Source: a virus
Lineage: Duplodnaviria; Caudoviricetes
IMG/VR virus record: IMGVR_UViG_3300007960_008803
Coordinates: 1-52,848 of that record
DNA: 52,848 nt
Strand: one strand, 5' to 3'
Shown: positions 48,063 through 52,848 of the stretch, piece by piece
Position numbering within the stretch: position 1 is the first letter of the stretch
Layout of the letters: every line of letters begins with the position of its first letter
Notes under the pieces: generated by a model
Database searches by the model: none
The model's input: the letters and a program-made list of their open reading frames with translations, nothing else
Told to the model about the DNA's origin: nothing
Program-made: the position numbers and the translations under genes

Positions 48063-49016
48063 ATGGGTTTTTTAGATAATTCTGGCGACATAATTTTAGA
48101 CGCTGTATTAACGGACCATGGTCGCAAAGTTTTAGCTAAAGGTGACGGTTCTTTTCAAATTACAAAATTTGCACTTGGAGATGAAGAAATAGATTACTCT
48201 TTGTATGACACTTCAAACACCAATGGATCGGCTTATTATGATCTCGAAATCCTTCAAACCCCAATTCTTGAAGCTTTCACAGATAACGCTGTTTCAATGA
48301 AATCTAAACTGGTAACTTATGAAAGTCTAGAACTTTTGTACCTTCCGGTGATTAAGTTGAATGAAATAATTGATGGATCAACAACAGCTCGACATTCAAG
48401 TGGATCATTTATTGTTGCTGTTGACGGATTAACAGAAAATGACAATGGAAGCACTTCAACACAAAATGGTATTGGATATGATTCAACAGGAACAGCTATT
48501 GCCGGTATTCTATTTGGGCAAACTACATCTACCGGTGGAAGAATAAGATTAGACCAAGGTTTAGACACAAACGCTATTACACCAGCTCAAACCCTTTCAG
48601 CTGATATGGTTGAAGAAAGTTACACAATTCAAATAGATAACAGACTAGGAAATATCAGAACTGTTGCAGGTGGAAATGTTTCTTTAGATTACATTGACGA
48701 TGACAATATTGCTTATTATACAGTAACTTCAGAAGATGGTGTTATTACCAATAATCCAAATACTGATTCAAATGGTGCTGGTCAAGTAATTGAAGGTCCA
48801 AGAGGCACAATTTTACAATTTAAAATTGGTTCTTCTTTGTCATTACAGACTAGTACTTATCTATTTACACAACTTGGTTCTACTTCAAGACTAGACAACA
48901 GAGCAGGAAGCTCATCTGAAGTATATCATATCGATACACTAGTTAGAGTTACTGGAATGAATACTGGGTACACTATTGATGTTCCTGTAAGATTCGTAAA
49001 ATTTAAATCAACATAA
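48063..49016 (+). CDS. Putative virion structural protein (tail-collar-like N-terminus)
   Basis: VLTDHGRKVLAKG...ITKFALGD resembles the LT..G...LA....T.MAVGD start of P2 gpH/DUF3751-type collar domains; beta-rich. Confidence 0.62.
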   Translation: MGFLDNSGDIILDAVLTDHGRKVLAKGDGSFQITKFALGDEEIDYSLYDTSNTNGSAYYDLEILQTPILEAFTDNAVSMKSKLVTYESLELLYLPVIKLNEIIDGSTTARHSSGSFIVAVDGLTENDNGSTSTQNGIGYDSTGTAIAGILFGQTTSTGGRIRLDQGLDTNAITPAQTLSADMVEESYTIQIDNRLGNIRTVAGGNVSLDYIDDDNIAYYTVTSEDGVITNNPNTDSNGAGQVIEGPRGTILQFKIGSSLSLQTSTYLFTQLGSTSRLDNRAGSSSEVYHIDTLVRVTGMNTGYTIDVPVRFVKFKST

Positions 49017-49029
49017 AGAGAGATAAAAT

Positions 49030-50166
49030 ATGGCTAATGTAGGTGCATTTAAAAATTTAGGTGAAAACGATATCGTTTCAACAAGAACGCTTCTTCATGA
49101 AGCTATTCCTTTAACGGGAACAATTGTTTCCGGAACTTATAATGATAATAATATAAAGTTTCATACTCACGGTATGTTCCAAACTGTTTATGATTATCCT
49201 TATCTATCTTCTTCAGCAAACCACATTTTTGATATTACTTATGGTATGTCAACAAATTCTGCTGTTTATGATACAAGTGTAAATCAATACAAAAAGAAAA
49301 AGAACGTTTACAATCAAATGGCTCAAATTCTTGTAGGATATGATGTAACAGGTTCAGTTCTGGAATTCGACGCAGATGGAAATATTCTTGCTGGTGGAGC
49401 TAAACTAAGAGACAACTTTATTATCCCTTTTTCTCGTTTGCTTGTTAAAGATGAAATCAAGAAAGAGTCTTTCTCAATGGAGTTAGGTATCTCTTCTTCT
49501 GTTGATTTTGCCGGAGCGTTGTTCCAAGACAGAATAACCATTTCTGATGTTGGAGCTAAAACTTCTTACTTTGTAAACTCTCCTGCTGGGGAATATGCGA
49601 TTCTTTATGCAACTGCTTCAAACCAAACAGGATATCTATTACACGATACAAACGTAACCACAATTGGGTCGAATGTTTATCATCCAGTTGGTTTGATTTA
49701 TTATCAAGCAGGTATTGTTGTTATCACTGGTTCTGTTTTTAAAGATCAAGCTGATGGTGGAATTATCCATAACGACTCAGGTTCTTGCAACTTTTTCGAT
49801 ACAGCAGGAAATACCACATCTTCTTTTGATGAAATGACAGATGAATTTACAATTAAAACAATTGGTAACAATTTGAGAAATAGAATTTACAACATTTCTT
49901 TTAATAACACAACCGAGTTAAACTCAACAATTTATTTCTGTCGTGCAAATCACAACGAGTTTAACTACTCAACTAATCCAACTTACCTATCAGGTTCAAA
50001 GATAATTGTAAAAGATAACAATCCATCAGCTGATCCGATTTCTTATATTACAACAATCGGTTTGTATTCTCCGAATAATGAATTGATGGCTGTTGCAAAA
50101 TTGTCTGAACCTTTGAAGAAAACACCTTCTCAAGAGTTTACCCTCCGAGTTAGATTAGACTATTAA
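49030..50166 (+). CDS. Putative virion structural protein; paralog of 50181
   Basis: VGLIYYQAGIVVITGS; C-terminal CRA...EFNYSTNPT...YITTIGLY..NNELMAVAKLSEPLKK...RLDY. Confidence 0.7.
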   Translation: MANVGAFKNLGENDIVSTRTLLHEAIPLTGTIVSGTYNDNNIKFHTHGMFQTVYDYPYLSSSANHIFDITYGMSTNSAVYDTSVNQYKKKKNVYNQMAQILVGYDVTGSVLEFDADGNILAGGAKLRDNFIIPFSRLLVKDEIKKESFSMELGISSSVDFAGALFQDRITISDVGAKTSYFVNSPAGEYAILYATASNQTGYLLHDTNVTTIGSNVYHPVGLIYYQAGIVVITGSVFKDQADGGIIHNDSGSCNFFDTAGNTTSSFDEMTDEFTIKTIGNNLRNRIYNISFNNTTELNSTIYFCRANHNEFNYSTNPTYLSGSKIIVKDNNPSADPISYITTIGLYSPNNELMAVAKLSEPLKKTPSQEFTLRVRLDY

Positions 50167-50180
50167 TCTAGGAGGCTCTT

Positions 50181-51497
50181 ATGGCTGTTTTTAAGTTTGG
50201 AGAAAATGATGTCTTTGTGAATACTTTGGAAGCTTATCCCGAGACTAGCTTCTATATTCATTCAGGCACCGTTGTTATTGATTCAATCCCTGATCTTTCA
50301 GGAGCCAATCAATCAAACATTCTTCATGTTGATGATGGACACATTTCTCTATATGAGATAAACGTTGATAGGCCAGATGGACAAGAGATATCGGCTTCAA
50401 TAACAGCAGATGGTATTCGTTCTTATCCTTCAGCATTATCTGTTGAAGGTTTGTATGCATACAATGTTGTGTATAGCAAAGGACAAGAGATTCCAGTTTC
50501 TTACAATCTGTCAGGAACAATTTCTCAATATTATTATCCTGAACAATCAAATCCAGGTACTAAATTAGATAGACTAAACAAAGATCAAATATTAAACAAT
50601 ACCCCTCCATTCAACGGCAGAGTAATCCACGGAGTAAAGACAGCACTTCCTGAAGAGTCTCCGAACGCTTCAACATATGAAGGCTATCCTGTTCCTTATT
50701 CAATCGAGGGATTGTTAGACAAATACTCTTTTCAATCTCCTCATTTTAAAATGAAAACAGTAGCGCCTTTACCCGAAAGAGACCTTAGAACGGCCGAAAT
50801 GTCTGTTATTTCGATTCCTTCGATATTCTATGGGTCAAAGATTAAGAAAGGATCTGTTGAGCTAAATTACTATGTTTCTGGCTCTAAAATAGGAACCCTC
50901 ACTGATAGAGGTAGAAGAGGAGAACTAATTCAAACTGGTCCTGCTGGTTCAACAGGATCTGGTTCAGTTGCTGGTCTTGTGTTTTACCAAGAAGGAATCA
51001 TTGTTTTAACAGGCTCTTGGCAATTAGGCGAGGACAATAACATTAATTATTCTGGTTCCTCCGATACAATAAACAAGTGGACACACTTTGGATCAGGCTT
51101 ACACAAAGATATTTCAAGCTTCTCAACACTTCCCTCGGCTTCTTTCTCAATTGATTTTCAAGGAACTACAAGAATTCCAACAATGGGAATGCTTTGCAGA
51201 GCCCCGTTTTCTGAATTAAATTGGTCAAACAATCCAACATTTGTAAACCACAACTCTGCTTACTATGGAACGTTCGGATCTTCTTCGATTCATTACAAAG
51301 AAAATGAAGTTGATGTTGCAAATATCACACACACAGAGTTAGTCGACTACGTTCCGGAACAAGTTAAAGAAACCTACATATCAAAAGTTGCAATCTATGA
51401 TGAAAAGAAAAACCTGATTGGTGTTGCAAAAGTTGCCAATCCTGTTCGCAAGACACCGGATCGTTCATATTTATTTAAATTAAAATTAGATTTATAG
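50181..51497 (+). CDS. Putative virion structural protein; paralog of 49030
   Basis: AGLVFYQEGIIVLTGS; C-terminal CRA...ELNWSNNPT...YISKVAIYD..KNLIGVAKVANPVRK...KLDL; AGGAGG RBS. Confidence 0.7.
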   Translation: MAVFKFGENDVFVNTLEAYPETSFYIHSGTVVIDSIPDLSGANQSNILHVDDGHISLYEINVDRPDGQEISASITADGIRSYPSALSVEGLYAYNVVYSKGQEIPVSYNLSGTISQYYYPEQSNPGTKLDRLNKDQILNNTPPFNGRVIHGVKTALPEESPNASTYEGYPVPYSIEGLLDKYSFQSPHFKMKTVAPLPERDLRTAEMSVISIPSIFYGSKIKKGSVELNYYVSGSKIGTLTDRGRRGELIQTGPAGSTGSGSVAGLVFYQEGIIVLTGSWQLGEDNNINYSGSSDTINKWTHFGSGLHKDISSFSTLPSASFSIDFQGTTRIPTMGMLCRAPFSELNWSNNPTFVNHNSAYYGTFGSSSIHYKENEVDVANITHTELVDYVPEQVKETYISKVAIYDEKKNLIGVAKVANPVRKTPDRSYLFKLKLDL

Positions 51498-51526
51498 TTG
51501 ACAACCTTCACAATATATGTTATAAT
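51498..51526 (+). promoter_or_regulatory. Sigma70-type promoter, probably giving a near-leaderless mRNA
   Basis: TTGACA(51498-51503), 17 bp, TATAAT(51521-51526) with TG extension; ATG only 8 nt later, no SD. Confidence 0.88.
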
Positions 51527-51534
51527 AGATTATT

Positions 51535-52050
51535 ATGATTATTTTAGGACTAGATATTAGCTCAAGTAGAGTTGGTTATTGTTTGATAAACGAAAACGAA
51601 GAATTGCTTCTTGTTGATGAGATCAAATTTAAAACTGATCTCGAACTTGAAGAACGAGCCGATGTCTTTAAAAAAACAATGGAAATAATAAAAGAACATT
51701 CGGAGGTAGATTATGTTTTCATCGAACAACCATTCATGGCATTCTCCGGAGGCAAAACAACAGCGGTTACAATGGCCAAGCTACAACGTTTTAATGGTAT
51801 GTGTAGCTATGTGGTTCATAATTTATTTGGCAGCCCTCCGACTCTCCTTCAGGCAAACAAAGCTCGGGGTCTCGTTGATCTCAAAATTAAAAGGGGCGAG
51901 AACACGAAGCTCAAGGTTATTGAGTGGGTTCAAGAGAAATACCCAACATCTTTTTTAATTGAATATACTTCTCATGGAAACCCAAAGCCCGGAACCGATG
52001 ATAAAGCCGATGCAGTTGTTATAGCAAATGCTGGATTAAAAACTATTTAG
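51535..52050 (+). CDS. ruvC: RuvC-like Holliday junction resolvase
   Basis: ILGLDISS..VGY, VFIEQPF, L.RFNG, K, DDKADAVVIA catalytic pattern. Confidence 0.85.
   Translation: MIILGLDISSSRVGYCLINENEELLLVDEIKFKTDLELEERADVFKKTMEIIKEHSEVDYVFIEQPFMAFSGGKTTAVTMAKLQRFNGMCSYVVHNLFGSPPTLLQANKARGLVDLKIKRGENTKLKVIEWVQEKYPTSFLIEYTSHGNPKPGTDDKADAVVIANAGLKTI
52043..52050 (+). promoter_or_regulatory. Candidate late-promoter variant CTATTTAG, overlapping the resolvase stop
   Basis: ACTATTTAG followed by AGAGGA RBS and ATG 52070. Confidence 0.35.
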
Positions 52051-52069
52051 ACATAAAAGAGGAAAAATT

Positions 52070-52528
52070 ATGTCAAATGATATGAAAGTGATCATGGAGA
52101 ATTGGAGAAAGAAAACTTTAAACGAAGCTCCAATACAAACCGTTGGGCAACTAAAGAAAGTTATAAATTCTTATCGCTTAGCTCAAGCTGGAAAAGAAGC
52201 AGGAAAGAAAGCATTAGAACAAATAATTGACGAAGTACCAGTAGTTGGAACCTTAAAAAGAATCTGGGGTAACGCAAAAGATGCCAAAGAAATAGTTGCC
52301 AAAATGATGGGTGCTGAGGATGAGTTCAAAACACAGACCGGCTTAGATCTATTGAATATGAATGATAATGTTTCTAAAATTGTTGACGACAGAATAGAAC
52401 AAAATTTTATAAATCGTTTTTTAATGTTTCTTAATGGATTAGAAGATAATGATCCTATACCAAATGTTGAAGAAAAATTCAGTGAGTTTTTAAAAACTAC
52501 TTTTGATCAACATGATGTTAAAAAATAA
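52070..52528 (+). CDS. Hypothetical helical protein
   Basis: 152-aa ORF with RBS; N-terminus MKVIMENWRKKTLNE. Confidence 0.75.
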   Translation: MSNDMKVIMENWRKKTLNEAPIQTVGQLKKVINSYRLAQAGKEAGKKALEQIIDEVPVVGTLKRIWGNAKDAKEIVAKMMGAEDEFKTQTGLDLLNMNDNVSKIVDDRIEQNFINRFLMFLNGLEDNDPIPNVEEKFSEFLKTTFDQHDVKK

Positions 52529-52538
52529 AAAATAATTC

Positions 52539-52566
52539 TTGACAAATTTTCAAAACGTGTTATACT
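52539..52566 (+). promoter_or_regulatory. Sigma70-type promoter for the primase gene
   Basis: TTGACA(52539-52544), 16 bp, TATACT(52561-52566) with TG extension; GGAGGA RBS at 52575-52580. Confidence 0.8.
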
Positions 52567-52584
52567 AAAATCACGGAGGAAATT

Positions 52585-52848
52585 ATGGAAGAAAAAAGAA
52601 AGATGTTAACCGACATCCTCGGTTCATATTATCAAAAAGGTAATGAGCATTTGTATCACTGTCCTTTTTGTAAACACCACAAGAAGAAAATGTCTGTAAA
52701 CTTTGCAAACGGATTCTTTAAGTGCTGGGTTTGTGATGTTCGCGGAAAGAACATTTACAGAATTGTAAGAAGATTTGGCAACTATCAACAACGACAACGT
52801 TGGTTGGAGTTGGACGGTAGACTTGATCTCGCAGACTTTGATAAAATA
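52585..52848 (+). CDS. DNA primase, N-terminal zinc-binding domain (3'-truncated; absent from the ORF track)
   Basis: Hand translation: MEEKRKMLTDILGSYYQKGNEHLYHCPFCKHHKKKMSVNFANGFFKCWVCDVRGKNIY...; CPFC...CWVC zinc ribbon; frame open to the window end. Confidence 0.8.
   Translation, partial: MEEKRKMLTDILGSYYQKGNEHLYHCPFCKHHKKKMSVNFANGFFKCWVCDVRGKNIYRIVRRFGNYQQRQRWLELDGRLDLADFDKI

Noticed and set aside
16877-51497. Bacterial extracellular contractile injection system or T6SS locus
   Set aside because: Flanked by phage-type PhoH, sigma factor, resolvase and primase genes in a single-strand, overlap-packed layout with no housekeeping genes; no eCIS ATPase or T6SS membrane complex recognised.
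1455-51958. The many short minus-strand and nested plus-strand ORFs in the ORF track
   Set aside because: All lie within or across long, motif-supported + strand genes, have shadow-like composition and show no recognisable motifs.
1-52848. Genome-wide stop-codon reassignment (code 15/4 or TAA recoding)
   Set aside because: Genes are intact under code 11 with very high coding density. TAA, TAG and TGA all end genes at sensible, coupled junctions. Only one in-frame stop (32459) is anomalous.
1-52848. tRNA/ncRNA genes, introns, inteins, homing endonucleases, DGR repeats, integrase
   Set aside because: Intergenic gaps are all under 90 nt and the largest hold promoters. No intein, LAGLIDADG/HNH/GIY-YIG, reverse transcriptase or recombinase motifs and no long DNA repeats noticed by eye; a self-dotplot and tRNAscan would be needed to exclude them fully.

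Overview
AT-rich, gene-dense 52.8 kb segment with all credible genes on the + strand and frequent TAATG/ATGA overlaps. It is best read as part of a large (probably jumbo) tailed dsDNA phage with a T4/P2-type contractile-tail baseplate. Order: (1) a 5'-truncated hypothetical gene, PIN-PhoH, a HEXXH metalloprotease-like gene and a Cas4/AddB-like nuclease; (2) a ~12 kb operon from a perfect sigma70 promoter, encoding five glycosyltransferase genes (one two-domain), two methyltransferases and a nucleotide-sugar pathway (dehydratase, DegT aminotransferase, hexapeptide acetyltransferase, UDP-sugar dehydrogenase), ending in a gp55-like sigma factor; (3) a ~34.6 kb virion module (M15-peptidase and spike-like genes, a 2700-aa protein, gp25- and gp6-like wedge proteins, LamG-rich giant proteins, two paralog pairs); (4) a RuvC-like resolvase and the start of a primase. 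The best candidate for an undescribed system is phage-encoded virion glycosylation: a swappable sugar cassette next to structural proteins strongly enriched in a [S/T]-G-S tripeptide. Other points of interest are a single in-frame TAA splitting a 2126-codon tail gene, a CTA(T/A)TTA candidate late promoter, and a tail-collar-like domain apparently split over separate genes. All product calls come from motif recognition by eye; no database search was run.
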